From Vicugna vicugna (Eukaryota), in contig MU058387.1 in the NCBI GenBank assembly GCA_013265495.1, positions 806,001-870,000 on the forward strand: a stretch of DNA of 64,000 bases, read 5' to 3'. The position numbers and the translations under genes are program-made. The notes under the pieces were generated by a model. It searched no databases. It saw only the letters and a list, made by a program, of their open reading frames with translations, and was not told the DNA's origin. Each line of letters begins with the position of its first letter. Position 1 is the stretch's first letter. Of the stretch, positions 35,094 through 49,449 are shown in pieces.

Positions 35094-35507
35094 TGTTCAA
35101 GAGAACCAGAGGCAGACAGTGAAGTGGTAAAAACAGATTTCATTTAGAAACTGTGACATTAAGGGAAAAGAGACCTCAGGATAGAACAGGGCTCAGTTCC
35201 GAATGCAGCAAAGGCCAATGGGGATTTACAGCTAAGGATCAGGGTGAGGGGGGTGGCTAGTGATGGAAAATTACTGCTAGGAAACATCAAGAGTTAGGAA
35301 ATTCTTAGGAAATTCTTGCTAAACTGACTTAACAGGATTCTTCTTGTACACAGGCCTGGGGGGTCAGATACCAAGGGTGGGAGATTCTCATTAAACAGGC
35401 TAGCAGATTCTGCCTCCACCTGGGGCAAGGCCCAAGGAGGGAGCTTGTCCAAAAATAGGGCTCAGAGGAGACAGTTTAAAGTCTAACCAAGGAGAGAGAC
35501 TGCGGCA
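35094..35507 (-). mobile_element. MER31/MER67-like ERV1 solo LTR
   Basis: TG..CA termini; gctaaactgacttaacaggattc motifs; ends agggctcagaggag...ccaaggagagag. Confidence 0.7.
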
Positions 35508-35559
35508 AATAGGATCTAAATTTTAAAAAATTTTGATTAAAATGTTTTGAATGAATGTT

Positions 35560-35678
35560 GGGGGGAGGGTATAGCTCAGTCATAGAAGGATTGCTTAGCA
35601 TGCAAGAGGCTCTGGGGTCAATCCCTAGTTACCACCATTCAAAATAAATACATATACTTAATTACTTCCCCCTCCAGA
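35560..35678 (+). mobile_element. tRNA-Ala-derived SINE (vic-1-like)
   Basis: ggggagggtatagctcagt...tgcttagcatgcaagagg..ctggggtcaatccctagt...aaataaata...taattacttcccc. Confidence 0.85.
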
Positions 35679-36739
35679 TTTTTTTTTGAGTGAGTAGATG
35701 ATAAATCATGTGTAAGCAGGTACAGAATTTTTCTTTATCTTTTATAACTAACCAGTTCCTTGGAATTCATAGCACCTACATGGTATGTTTTGCCCACAAA
35801 CATTGTCCCATAACTGATGTGGACAGAAATCCCTTGTTTCTGGGGGAATGTTGGTACTGTCCCTGTCAACATGCCCATGACCTCAATGTGACTCAAGATT
35901 GCCCTGAAGTCTGGCTGCAGAATGACAAATGTAAAAGTATGCGTTTTAGACATGCTGTAAGAATCTGGGACCAAACTAATTATTAATTCTCTATTCTACA
36001 GTTTCCTCCAGAAAGCCCCAATGTATTTATTTTGGGTAACAATTTACTTGAGCAGAAATCACTTGACCCAAATTTTGATGATTTAATAGCTCATCGGAAG
36101 AACTAGCCTGAAGCGGATGACAAAACCTGTTGCAGACGCTCTGACTTCTATTTGCATCCATCGGTCTTTTGGTTTACATGCTTTAATAATTTGAAAAAGA
36201 AGAAGATAATCAGGAACCAAGACAGATACACGTGTCTTGAGGCAGAACTTAATTCAGAATTGTACAAAATGTTTTGTCAGATGAACTCCTGAACCACATT
36301 TGTTATCAGTGGCACAAAATACATTGGATTAAGTGTTTGAATAATATACAGCGACGGTGTCAGATTGATCTCAAAAAGCTCAGCGTCAGAAACAGAACCT
36401 TGTTTTCATCAGATTAGTTTTAGGCAACAGATTTTAAATACAAATTCTCTCATAGTGAAATTTCTTACATGGTCTACACTTTCCCTCATTATAAAATTTA
36501 GTGAAACATACTATTAATTTTTGTGTGTGTGTCAGATTTGAGTTCTTCATTTATCTTTAAATTGTGTCAACAATTTCAGAGATGAGACCATGTTCTGGGC
36601 AGAAACAGTCAATTTACTTGTTTAAAAACATACACCTTACACATAGATAGAATATTTCTTACATTCTGAGGAAGAATGTAGTATTTCTGTCCTGGTTGAT
36701 CATACAATTTGTTGCTTTATTTCATTCTTTCTTTCTTCT

Positions 36740-38560
36740 TTTATTTTTTATTAGGAAATTATTGTTATTTAACTACACAGGAAAATAAAGAGTCATAATA
36801 GAAACACTCAAGTACCCGTCAGTTAGCTTCGATCTAAATAATATTCTAAATTTGCTTCAGATCTTTTATTCATTAAAAAAATTTACAAATACAGTCGAAG
36901 CCCTTGTGCCCCCTCACCTATCACACTAGCCTCTTTCCTTTCTCAAATATTCACCATGTTCACATGTGTAAATAAACAGTATGTAGTGTTGTTTTAGATT
37001 GTAAATTTATACCTAAATGGTTGTAGAATTTATGAATCATTCTGCAGTTTGCTGTTTTGTGCCCAATATTACATTTGTGAAATGTACCCATGCTGTTTTA
37101 ATTCCCTGATTTTCAATACAGAGTAGTATTTTTCAGTATAAACATTTTACAAACATATAAGAACTCAAATTTTACTTCAGCAGTTTGATGAACATTTTAG
37201 CTGTTTTACATTTTACCGTATCATTAAAACTCTTTCAGTGAACATTCTTTTCATGTCTTGTGTCAAGTATGAGAATTCCTTAGGCATATATATCTAGCTT
37301 TTGAATTGCTAGATTGAACATTCAACTTTCATTTTTAGCTTTACTATCTATGACCAAACTGTCTCCAAAGTGTTTATACAAAGTTTAATTACCACCAGTA
37401 ATATATAAAAGTTCTCATTTCCGCATCCTTGCTATTTCTTATTGTAAAACATTAAAATGTTTGTCTATTTAGGAATGGAAATTGTGTCTCCTTTGGATTT
37501 TAATTTGCACTTCCCTGATTCAGATTGTGCTTAAGATTCTTTTTATTTATACTCTGTTCATGCGTTTTGCTTACTTTTGTCTTATTGGGTTCAAATCCTC
37601 TATCTATGCTGAATAGTAAACATTAGCTTGTTATATTCTTTGCAATAATTAAAAAATGTTTTCTTAATATAAGGCTATATATTTCTAAGTACTAATTTAG
37701 CTGACTCAACATTTTGTATGCAATTTTGAATTAATATTCAGCTCTAAAGCTTTTCTAATTTGATTGATATATTTTCTTTGATCCATACATTGTTTGGAGA
37801 GTCTCTAATTTTTTGTTTGTTTTATGGATATCTGTAATTACTTATTCCTGATTTATTTTCATTTAAGTTGGAGAATGTGGTCTGAAAAATATCAGTTCTT
37901 TGATATTTGTTGTGATTTGTTTCATGACTTAGTAATTTAATTGTTGACAGCAAGTTTTTTTTTTCCTAATGTTGTCTATGGCATTCTATGTAACTCCATT
38001 ATATTGAGCTAATTTTACCTCATTTTCTGTCTTACCACTTTTGTTTTGCCTGCTTGGTTCATCAGTTATTGGGATGATGTATTAAATGTGCATTGTGTCG
38101 TAATTTTGACTGTATGTTATTTAGTGGGTAGATTTTAGAATGTTATGTATTTGTTGGTGAGATAGTCCTTCTATAATTATATATGATCCATTTAATTTCT
38201 AAAAGGGACATTTTGTTTTATTGCCTTAAACTTAACCATTTTGATTGTTATTAACATAGTTATATGTTTTTTGTTTTTCTGGTTGATTTTTTATGTTATT
38301 TTATTCCTCTTATTTTCAGCTTAAGCTCTTGTGAGGCTTATGGGGGAGCTTTTTTTTTCCCCTCAGTTGATCTGGAAGACAATGTTAAATTTTTATTCCT
38401 TGTAATGTTTTCCTGAAAATCTCAGCATGCATATTTGACTTAAAGTCTAAACTTAATCAATGCTTTCTTGTTTTTCTTAAATAATAAAAGACATTTCAAA
38501 TATGTTATTGTCCTTCATCCCCTGCCAACTTACGTATGTTTTCCCACTAGTCTGTGTGGG
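36740..38560 (-). mobile_element. Old L1 (L1M-type) fragments
   Basis: T-rich sequence with diverged L1 motifs such as gtgaacattctt, gaattgctagat and ttttaatttgcacttccctgat. Confidence 0.6.
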
Positions 38561-39350
38561 TGCTCACATAGACTACTTCTTTAAAAAAGGTTTCTATATT
38601 AAATATTAAAAATTTCTATATTTCTATATTAAATTCTATATTAAATATGGGATTCAAACCAACACCAAGAACATAATCTAGATTGGATAATTCTCATTAA
38701 GTCAGCTCTTTATAAAGAAAGTAATAAACAAAGAATACTGAATATTCCTTAGACATGAGGACAAAAATAATATTTTGTGTGTTGCGTATCATTGACGTTG
38801 CTGAAGATGCTTTCATCAACGTGTTATTTAAAGTCAGTTTGAATTCTGTGTTAATGGCCTTATTAGCTCAGAAGGTATTTCAGTGATTTGTACTGACGTA
38901 TTAGTTGGAGACTCCTTAAATAGTGCTATCAGATGCTCTCCTATGCAGTAACATTTATATTGGGGAGCAGATTTTTTCCAATTGTTTGGAATTCATCTTC
39001 TGACGTGCTTCCTTTTCATTGAAGACTATCCAAGAGAGCAAGTTTTCTTTCAGAAGCAATGTGTGTTTTCTACCTTGAAGTAGGTTTTACTGTTTTTATC
39101 TGTTGCTACAGAAAATATTTTCTGGGAACTTTCTTCTTGTAATGTTCTTCATCCGATTAAACAAATTTTTAAAAAGTCATCTTTACTTTTAGGCCATGAA
39201 TCTCCTAATAAAATATTATAAAACTTTTAGAAAATTGAAGGAGAGATCACGGTTTTTATTCTTCAATTTAAATATAATCTTCATCCATCACTGAGTCATC
39301 TGTGGGATTTGAACGTTTGGCTTTCGTTCATGTTAAGTTATACCAAGTTA

Positions 39351-39423
39351 CACTATACTGTATACCTGAAACTAATGTAATGTTGTCTGTCAACTATACT
39401 TCAATAAAAGAAGAAAAAAAATG
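39351..39423 (+). mobile_element. Very short L1 3' tip
   Basis: ctgtatacctgaaactaatgtaatgttg..tgtcaactatacttcaataaaa plus A tail. TSD ataccaagtta (39340-39350) / ataccaaatta (39424-39434). Confidence 0.85.
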
Positions 39424-40838
39424 ATACCAAATTAAGTTGCTTAAAATGAATATAGAACTGAATTAACAGGCATAAAAATATATTTAGTGTACAAAAACTT
39501 AGAGATTACCAATGACTTTGATGTTTTTAATATTTTGAACAGTTTATCTTTTACAGATCTCCCCAACTCTTTTTAACAAATAAAAGAGATTAAAAATATT
39601 CCTTGGGCGTTCATTAACATAACAGCACCCAGAAATCATTTAACTCTGAAGCTGTGGAACTTTTAGCCATTTCACTTGGCTGGTTTAAGGCATGTCATTT
39701 TCCATGCTGTGAATGGAAGTTGCCTTTAGCCCCATGAGAACAATTAGGAGAAAGTCAAGATTTTAAGGGAAGTCAGCTGATATGCAATGGCTGATAACAC
39801 CCATCACCTACAAAGAGGGAAAACAACAAATAAGTTCCATACATCTACAGCAATGCATTTGAACTCAAAGCACAGTTTTAAAAATAAACATTTTTAATTG
39901 GTGATCTGCTTGAAGAGTTGCATAGATAGATAGGCTGGCAATACTTCCTGAATCACATTTATAAGCAGAATGTTTAAACAAAGTTGCAAAAAAAAAAAAA
40001 TCGCAAACTTACCCACAGAATAGTTTTGCTAGGGAATAGATGTACCTTGGAAAGCTACCCACTTGGTCATCCTAGATGGCAAATCTTCTGGTGACGTCAG
40101 TGGATTGCCATTTGGCTAGTCAGGCCTGGGTGAAGAGTATCTGGAGATTCTGAGTCACTGAGGATGCTCCAGTAAGTCATTTAAACCAAACCTCCTCGCA
40201 AGTGATCGCTAGAGTCTCAATTTAACTGCATCCTTTGGCGATTTAAGGAAAACCTCTAGCGAAGCTAAAAATGCTTCTTCTACTGGGGGACCTATTAGCA
40301 TTCTCCACAGTGCTACTCACATTCGCTGCCTTTTCCTAGAAGCACATGAAAGAAACTCAGATCCAAGTACGCTGTGTTGCCCTCACCAAAGCCACCTTGG
40401 AGAGAGCCCACCCTGAGATCTGGAGACCTGGGCTTTATTAAGAGTCCAGCCACAGAGTAACTTTGATTGAGTCACTTAACCTCTGTGCTCCTTCCTCTAA
40501 GCGCCATCCCTGGCCTGTGTTGCAGGGATGTTTTGAGAGTAAGTCCTGTGTATAAATCCCTCTCTGTGTGTCGCTGTCAGAGAGACGTGGGGATTGAGCC
40601 AAGTAGCAGGCTGTCTGAAACGTGAACGAGGGAAAAAGAAAACTGATGCCTATGTTTCTTCTAAACTGAGGAACAAAGAAACTGTCCCTCTGTCTTTCAT
40701 GATACTGAGAGTATGGGTCTAGAATTTTATCTCATCTCATAATAATGTTGATTTGGTATTAACCGATTTAGTGTCATTTATTGTCTGGTTTCTTCAAAGT
40801 CATCTGATGAAAATGAGACTGATTTCAGTTAATGCAGG

Positions 40839-41321
40839 CATAATAGGGAAGAGCAAATCTGACTCCATATTGGATCTGTTTCTTTCACTTTTACCTTCGG
40901 ATTCTATTGCTTTTGCTACAAGTTAACCACTAAAGGGTTGTAAGCTATAAGCTTAAATTATACATGACGGCCCATCTCTGGGAACCCTGCCCCCCGGATA
41001 ATGAGCATTAACCTGAAATACCTTTGTTTAGCTCCCAGGAAACACCCTGACCAGGCCTACCTGTGAATGACCGCAGGGAGGAAGAAATGGACACATCCCC
41101 TCTGGAGGCCGACCTGAACCAGGAAGTGTTTGACTTTACTCCCTCCCCTGTTAGTACAATGGAAGCCTGAATTCTCACTCAGGCAAGATGGATCTTTGGG
41201 ACATGAGTCCCCTATCTTCTTGGTCTGCTGGCTTTCCAAATAAAGTCACTATTCCTTGCCCCAGTGACACTTCCCTTGATTTAACGGCCTATTGTGTGGT
41301 GAGTAGTATGAGCTTGTAACA
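40839..41321 (+). mobile_element. ERV1-like solo LTR
   Basis: Starts (ca)taatagggaagagcaaatctgactccatattggatctg, AATAAA at 41239-41244, ends gtaaCA. Flanks cagg / caag. Confidence 0.8.
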
Positions 41322-43179
41322 CAAGGGGCATTAAAATGAAAACTAATAAAAAAGTACTTTGACATTTATGTTTGTGCCAAATATTATCCTGATGAGTTTC
41401 TGATGGAATGGCTGTAGTGAAGAGACCAGCTTTTTGGCTTGTGATCTTTCTATGAATAATAGCATAGACTTGAGAATCTATGAAAATTCTATGGTATTAA
41501 TTTGTATATAGCTTTCTCTCTGCATGTAATTGTAATATATATTTGTTGCTGAAAATCTGAAGAACACTTTAAGTACAAAGTAGAAGTTACCCATGTCTCA
41601 TCAGCCAAAGCTAACTAATGTCACCATTTTCACATCTGTGTGTATGTTATTTAAAAAAAAAAAGTTGGGATAATCCATTTAAACAGATTTGATTCCTACT
41701 TAAACAACTTATATTCTTAAAATTCACTTTGTGACCATGATACTCCATTTTATTGATGTACCAACATTTATTAATCAGTGGTCCAATGAAGGATATTCAG
41801 ATTAATTTTTTTCAGCGTTATACGTAGGTCAACCTATACATCTTTTTGCTTTCATACTTCAAATTATTGGGAAAGTTGGGCAAAGGTATGAATATTTTTA
41901 AACTTTTATTTCATATTATCACATTCTTTCAACAGTTTGTACTAATTTACAGGTTTTCCTGCAGCGTATGGAAGTCCTGGTCTTACTCCAGCCTCATCAA
42001 CGCATTATTAACGCAACAAGGTTGAAGATTTTGCTGATGTCTTCTTGGTAAAATCATAAAACAGATTTCCACCAGATGCTGAACTAACACCTGGCTATTA
42101 ACAACAGTTAAACAAATTGAGGAAGCGTCTTTAAACTCAATCCTGAAAGCTCTTCCTCAACATTTGAAAAGCTGCAGGCAACAGAAGAGGGAAGAATGCA
42201 TTAACTTGAACCTAGGGGTCCATATGCTGTCTACAAGTCAGACCCGTTAGCTTTGCTTACCTTATGGTTTGGCTATCACGTGGAAATCACCTTGACTGCC
42301 AAGGAGAGATAAAAGTGTACATTAAAAATACACTGCACCTTATCTCACGGAAGCAGGTGAAGAGGCTTTCATTCTTTCAGCAGGTGGACTTTAAGACTTT
42401 TTTGTTGCCTGTGTTTAATGGCGGCTCAACTGACACAAATGCTGGCGACGTGCAATCTGAGCGTGCTGTTCCAGAAGCAGTGTCTGCCATCTGTTTGGGC
42501 TAATGGAACTGCCCAGCCCTCGCCTCCCTGCCCTTGAAACTTGACTATTGGAATTTAATTACATGGCTAGATGATTAAATCAACGAGATTGAAAGGTTGC
42601 CGCTAACGTTCCTAGAGGTGAACGGGGCCCCGGGCTTTGGAAACAGCTGGTGTTGGCGAAGCCACCTCCCTCCTGACAGGTCAAGGGGAGGAGAGGAGAG
42701 GTAAGGAGCTCTTCTGGGGGTAACACTGATATTGTTTTATTAGACGTGGTGCTGATTGGGAAAGAATTTATAAGGTCTCAGTTCCAGGAAATGAATTTGA
42801 AAACTTCTTATATTTTTTCCCTTAAGTCAAAGTGCTCAAACAATATGTTTTCCCCCAGATTTAGCTCTTTGATTCCTTTTACTCTTTTGAAGTAATTTTA
42901 AGAGTCTGAAGCACATTGTCTGCAACTTAAGGAATTAGGGAAGCAAAGGGGAATCTGGGACTCATTTTCAATAGATGTGTTGTCTCTAGCTTACTTCCAA
43001 CCATTCAATACAGTGCTGGTGTCAGCATCAAGATAGATATTTCCTAATTACTTTGACCTTGATAGCGACATTCAGCATTCCTTTCAGAGGACCCATCAGA
43101 GATGAGCCAGTGGGGAAAGATACCAGTTGCAGACGATCTCCTGGGTTTTACAGTCTCCTGTGGCGCGGGGTAAAACAAG

Positions 43180-43390
43180 AGGTAATAAAACCCAGGCTCG
43201 GGAGATCAGGATTTGTATTCAGGGGCAAAAACATGCCTCTACCTTTTACTGGCATTTGCAAATTACTTAACTGCCCCTTGACTCAGTTTTCTCATCTGGA
43301 AAATGGACTAATAACTATTATCTCATGGAATAGTTCATCAGGATTAAAATGGCTAGTTAATGCTAGGTGCTTGGAATGCAGTCATTATAA
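43180..43390 (+). mobile_element. MIR SINE
   Basis: gcaaattacttaac...ctcagttttctcatctggaaaatgg. Confidence 0.7.
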
Positions 43391-46199
43391 AGATGAGTTC
43401 TTATTGATATCAGATCAAATGAGGGAAACTTCTGATTTTTCATTTGATTCTTCACCTGTTTGCAAAATAATCCTTTCCAAGAGGTCAGTGTGGCACTTCT
43501 ATGGCCCTTTGACAAATTCTTGTGTATGCACAGAGTATGCTATGAGAATTTGAATTATCAATGGATTTGTGGCAATACCATATGACCTCCTGGCACCATT
43601 ATGGGATTTTCGGCATCATTTTGATGATGAAACAACATGTTGGCCAGGAGAACAGTAATAGAGAAGGAGGCTGTGTTGTTACTCAGAATCCCTCCAAACC
43701 CACATTAGCAGATCTCTTTGTACTCCCTCAGTTGAGTCTCCTTGGGTGCTGTCAGTTGGACACATGTGGTGTTTAATTTTCTTTATAGAACGCATATTCA
43801 CACAGGTTAAGGCAATGTGCTTCTTGTGCCTGGAAAGGACGGTCTTTACCAAATCAACAGCTATTTAGAAGAGGGGTGAGATCTGACATACTGACCACTC
43901 AAGACTAGCTCTTGACTACTGAGATAGAGGGAAAACAGCCTTTCCACGCAGAATGACACGGTCATTGTAGGCATGAGTGAGACTTTCTTAGTAGTGAGCA
44001 GAGTGACTATTGCAGACCTTAATTTGTTCGTATGTTCCATATGTTGCTAAGACTTACATGTCAGTAAGTCTATATGATAATAAGGCTTGCCTGCATTTCC
44101 ACATCTAGAAAGGGATGACAATTGGTTTGAATCTCAAAGCCCTCATTCTCGACCGTGGTGATGCTCTATTGCACTGTAAGTACCACAATAACTACACCAA
44201 CATCTACGGAATTCTGGGTATGAACCGGACTCTTCTAAAGCACTTTGATGTGCTTTGTGTACAGCCTTCCATAAAAACAACCTCAACAAAAACACAGTGA
44301 GGTGAATGTGACATTAGCTCTACATTACAGAGGAAGAAACTGAGGTTTGGTGATCTAATGAAGCTAGATTCAGACTCAGGCTCTATGTGTCAAAGCTCAT
44401 CTTTTTAATTGCATCATATGATGAGATGTAAGTTTAGTCTAGCATCTGGGAGGAAAACGAGTACATGCGCAAAATGTTAAGAAGCAGTAGAAAATGGTTG
44501 AAAGAATTTGGGTATGAAGATCTGGGAACACAAATTCTGATCTGCCACAAGTCTCTGTATCAACTTGGATAAACCATTTAAACCCTCCATAAAATGAAAG
44601 GATTTCATGGCTGACTGCTACACATTCTGCCCAATAACCTTTCCAAATATAATTACCAATTGATTGCTACCAATCATAAAAATTAAGATGATAAGGAAAG
44701 AGATCTCCTGCTGGAAAATATGCGGTATACCTGATGTTCCTGCTTCATCTGTTTCCTTTCACTTTTCAACTCATTTTTGCAACAAGTTTCTTTTATTCTA
44801 AACTCTTCATAGAAGTAGGTTGACAGTGGTCTCCAATGACTTTCTATTTTTCTATTTTTTTTTTACTATTACTATATCAGTTAAAGGATCTTTTCCTGGG
44901 CCATGAAATGTCATTCTTTGACATTTTGATGAAAGCCATAAGATCTTTCACTGAAAAATTATACCAATGTATAAAAAAAAATCTCTCGGTTAAGTCTCAG
45001 GTAACCCACAGTGCCAAATACTGTATGGTGCTCAGGAAGAGTGAGGCTAAGTAGAGCTCTTTGAATTTGTCTAGAAGGATTTTGTAAATCTCAAATGGTA
45101 AAGGTTAGGCAAAAGTCTGATTACAAGTGATTACAGAGGAAGGAATTTGAGACCAATGAACACATTAGAAGTTTGTGGGATTTCTTTTTGGAAATAGAAC
45201 TATACAAACAACGTTAACCCTGGTTGAAGTTAGAAATGTCTTGTTCAAAGTCCTTATTTTACAAATTAGGCACATTATCTACAATGATAGGAAAGGGCTT
45301 TGATATTGTGAAATTACTTGACTCATGTCTCTGTCCTTTTCCTTGTTTCCCCTCCCCCCAACCCCAACATAAAGCCACTGGGCAGAGGAAATTAAAACAC
45401 CACGTGAGTCTCAGCTATGTTACAAATGATTTCTTTAAAAAGTATGTATGTAGGATTTCCATTTCTTTCAAACTCAGTTGAATCATAGCACCAATATGGC
45501 CCAAAGAGGAGAGTCTTGCAATCTGTTTTGGCTTGAATTTCATGCTTTCTACCTGTGAGTTTAAAGGGTAATGGAGCACAGAGGGCTGCGTGCCATCCTG
45601 TTACCTGCATACGAGAAGGAAAAGATGAGGAGATAAGCGGAATGATAAATAGCCTGGGTGACAAACACATGCTGACTACTGCTTATTTCTCTCCACTCGA
45701 ATCAGAGGTGACAGTCCTGCTGCTTCATGTCACCATTTTCCTACCAGTGCCAGGGACGGGCAGTATCAAGTGGACCTGTATGAACATGGTTTTAACCACT
45801 AAATGCATGGCTCTGGGCAAGTTGCTTAATGACTCATTTCCTTGTATTGAAGTTTGTTGATCGATTTAATAAAAAGTTTGTCAAGGTCCCAGTAGAATTC
45901 CCAGCACATAGCAGGTATTCAAAAAATGAAAAATTTACTATGATTATGTATCAAAACATTCCTTTTAGAAAAATATGTACTGATGGTGTAGTCCTTGTTT
46001 AAGCAAAAATAAAGTTACCTAAATTCATAATAAGAATTCACTTTTTTTTACTTAGAATAAAATAAATATATTCTCTTGGTGTCCTCCACCATGCTATGAG
46101 AAACTCAAAATATAAAACAAAACAAAACAAAAAAGAAACTCAAGTTACATGGCTGGCCCATGGTTGACTTCAGTATTTAAATTCCAACTTTTTTTTTAA

Positions 46200-46602
46200 C
46201 CATATATATATATATATGAGAATTGGTTTAAGCAGTTATGAGGGCTGAGAAGTCCCAAGATCTACAGTCAACAAGCTGGAGGCCCAGGAGAGTGGATGGT
46301 GTAGACCTCGCTCAAATGCAGACAAACTGGAGACCTAAGAAGAGCTGATGCTTCAGTGCAAGCCCGAAGGCAGGAAAAGGCCAGCCTTCCAGCTCAGTTA
46401 GTCAGGCAGGAGGAACTCCCTCTAATTCAGCCTTTTTGTTCTATTCAGATCTTTGATTGGATGAAGTCCACCCACGTTAGGGAGGGCAATCTACTTTACT
46501 CAACTAATCTCATTTAGAAATACCTCACAGAGACACTAAGAATAATGTTTGGCCAAATGTCTGGTCACCCATAACTCAATCAAGTTGACAGCATAGCACC
46601 AT
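46200..46602 (-). mobile_element. MLT2 (ERVL) LTR
   Basis: gaattgg...ggctgagaagtcccaagatct...gggagggcaatctactttactc...tcaagttgaca. Confidence 0.85.
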
Positions 46603-49449
46603 TGTACTGCAGAATCGTTTATCTGCTTAGAATTTGAGAAACACAGAATTTGCCTGACTCTATGAACCAGGTGTTCCTTGTGACCCATTTTCCATAATCT
46701 GAAGCCTGCTACATGGAGAGACAGAGCAAAGTGGCAGAGACTACAGTCACACAATTCGAGCAAACCAAGATAGGTAACACTCACTCCCTACTGAGCTCTG
46801 CCGTTCTTAAACCTGGTCACAGTCATCAGCAAGGGTCAGGATCCCTTATCCGACTCATTGGACTCATGACGGTTAACACTCACTCATCCTGAAATGTTGC
46901 TCTGCCTTTCTTGAAAAAGGATGTGGGATCAAATCCCGTGGACAAAGTGGAATTTGGTCACGAGGGGTGTGATGCCCAGGTAAGAAGTCTACCAAGTTGA
47001 CTCTGTTAGGTTTCCCTACGTTCATTTGGAAATCTACTAACATCATCCGAAGATATAATCTATGCATTTTCTCTTCCTTGCTCATCACCCATCTTTGCCT
47101 CTAATAGACCTTAAAAGGTCTGTGCCAGCCATTTTGAGGTCTGGCCATTTTCATGAAGAAAGTGAGTGGTGGTACCTTGGTTTCTATGAACCCATTAATT
47201 CTTAACGTGTTCTCTGAACATGACAGGAAACAGATGTCAGCACCTGACACAGATGTTTCTCTTGGTTTACTTTGAAAAACTGACTACTGGACCAGTCCCA
47301 CAAAATCTACTTACAGTGGTTATCAAATTATAATAAATTTAACTTAAAAAGAGCTTTGGATAAACTTAAATGAGCATCTTTGATGTGATAGGTTTTACAG
47401 TCTATTTCTTGTCACCAGTAATATTCAAGAACTTCTGTGCCCCCCTCTTTCTGTTATAGAGTCTTTACTTAGACAAGTAAAGAGTTTCCTGGTTTTCTTT
47501 TTCTTTTCCTTTCTTTTTGCTTTTTTTGGCAGTAGGAAGAGTTGTGACATCCAGGGTGCCAAGGCTTCAGCTCTGGTCTGTCATTCGGTGATGCTATCAA
47601 GCCTCATTTTGCAAAGAGAAAATTGCACTGATGCCCACAGGCCATAGAAATGTCAAAACTACTAAAGAGTTTGATCTTCCCCAGTTTGGAGAGGCTCTCA
47701 GAAACTCCCACGGATGTAACAAAAGAGCGGGAGAGGAGGAAGAGAGGGAGAAAGCGAACCAAGTATTAGCTGTATTCATTTCCCCTAAACTGATGTAGCA
47801 ATCAACTGTGCAATTACCAAGATCCATCTCACTGGACTTTATAACTGGAAATGAAATGAGTGAGAAATGAGAATCTCTAATGAAGGCTCAGGTCCCCACC
47901 CACCGCGTTATCATCACATCCCGCCAATCTCACCACTCACTCGCCGGCTTTGTAATTTGCAGCTTATTTTCTCACAGCTCGCCAAGCGGTTCACATTCAT
48001 TTACATTATGGCCGTTTAACATGCAGACAAGGAGAAATACGGTTTCAGATCTGATGGGCTCGGCATTTTTTTTGTCTAGTTGAGTTTGTTTTGCTGCCTA
48101 AAACAAATGTCTCTGGAGCTCCGTTTAATTTAGCATGTCAAACAGCTTCCTTCAGAGACGATTTGGAAATGCTTTATGCATATGATAGACGCAGAAAGCC
48201 AGAAAAATCAGAGCAGGGAGTGTTGCTTAAATAAGGAGCAATTCAAACACAAAGCAGGGCTGCCCATCAACACGAATGATGCTTCCATTGTCGGAAAAGC
48301 AACTGTATTCTGGAATTGAAATAAACTGAGCAGAGGGGCACAAGGCGCAATCATGAACTACAACAAGCCTCTCTTGGTATTTCTTTTTCCGCTTCTTCTT
48401 TTAATTTTTTATTGTGTTTAACTATAACCTGGTAGCGGCAACTCAGTATTTGTCTATTGTCCCAAACATACAGACCTCCCGAGGTCTCCATCATTTATAT
48501 ATTCTTGGAGCTTCCATTGTTTATACATTCTTGGTCCTAGGTCCTTATCAGATATATAATTTGCAATTATTTTTTCCATTCTGTGGACTGTCTTTTCACT
48601 CTCTTGTTGATGTCCTCCAACGCACAGGAGTTTTAATTTTGCTGAAGTCCAATTTACCTGTTTTTGCTTTCCTGCTATTTAGACAACTCAACAAGCATGT
48701 CTCACACAGTGCCTGACGCACGGAGGTTTTTAATCAATGTCTTTTAAAAACAGAATCTGCATGGACTTTCCCAGAAGAAATGGCGTCTAGTGTTGAAGTC
48801 GTGGGAGTCCAGGTTGACAGTTTCTCATCATTGATTCCGCAATCTGAAAAGCTATCAAAATGGAAAGATTTGTAATTCAGTTTTGAGTAAAACACAACTC
48901 TCCTAAACTGTCTTGCAGCTGGAGATAATCTTTGCTTATCCCACTTGGTGGGCATATTCGTTCATTTTGCTGCAGAAATAGTACTGTATTGAATAACGGG
49001 ATGTTATCCCAGGCTCCACTGAATCTAATAATTGGCACATGTATGGAATGACTTCCCAGCCTCCCCGGGATGCTAATAAACTCTTTATTGCTTTAAGTGT
49101 ACATTGTCATGGTTTAATATACATACACATTGTGAAGTTAATGAATGTCTCCATCACCTTCCAGAGTTACCATTGGTGTGTGTGTGTGTGTGTTAAGAAC
49201 ACCTAAGTTGTATTTTCTTAGCAAATTTTAGCTGGATTACTTGCCTTAAAATCTGAAATATTCTGAATTTTGAAGACATTCCGATCAGGCTTATGAACGT
49301 GCCGTGATAAGAGCAGCCGACAGGGGTGTAATGCCTTCAGTTTCTAGAAGGCATTCCTGTGTTATCTAGCTTGAACCTCACCTAAGATTTTTGTAGAGTG
49401 TTATTCCTATTTTACAAGTAAAGGCACTGACACTCAAAGAGATTAAGTG

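Noticed and set aside
38592..38648. ttctatatt(aaa) repeated four times
   Set aside because: AT-rich slippage repeat with no sign of function.
43053..43553. 166-aa ORF
   Set aside because: TTG start, runs through a MIR and has no protein-like features.
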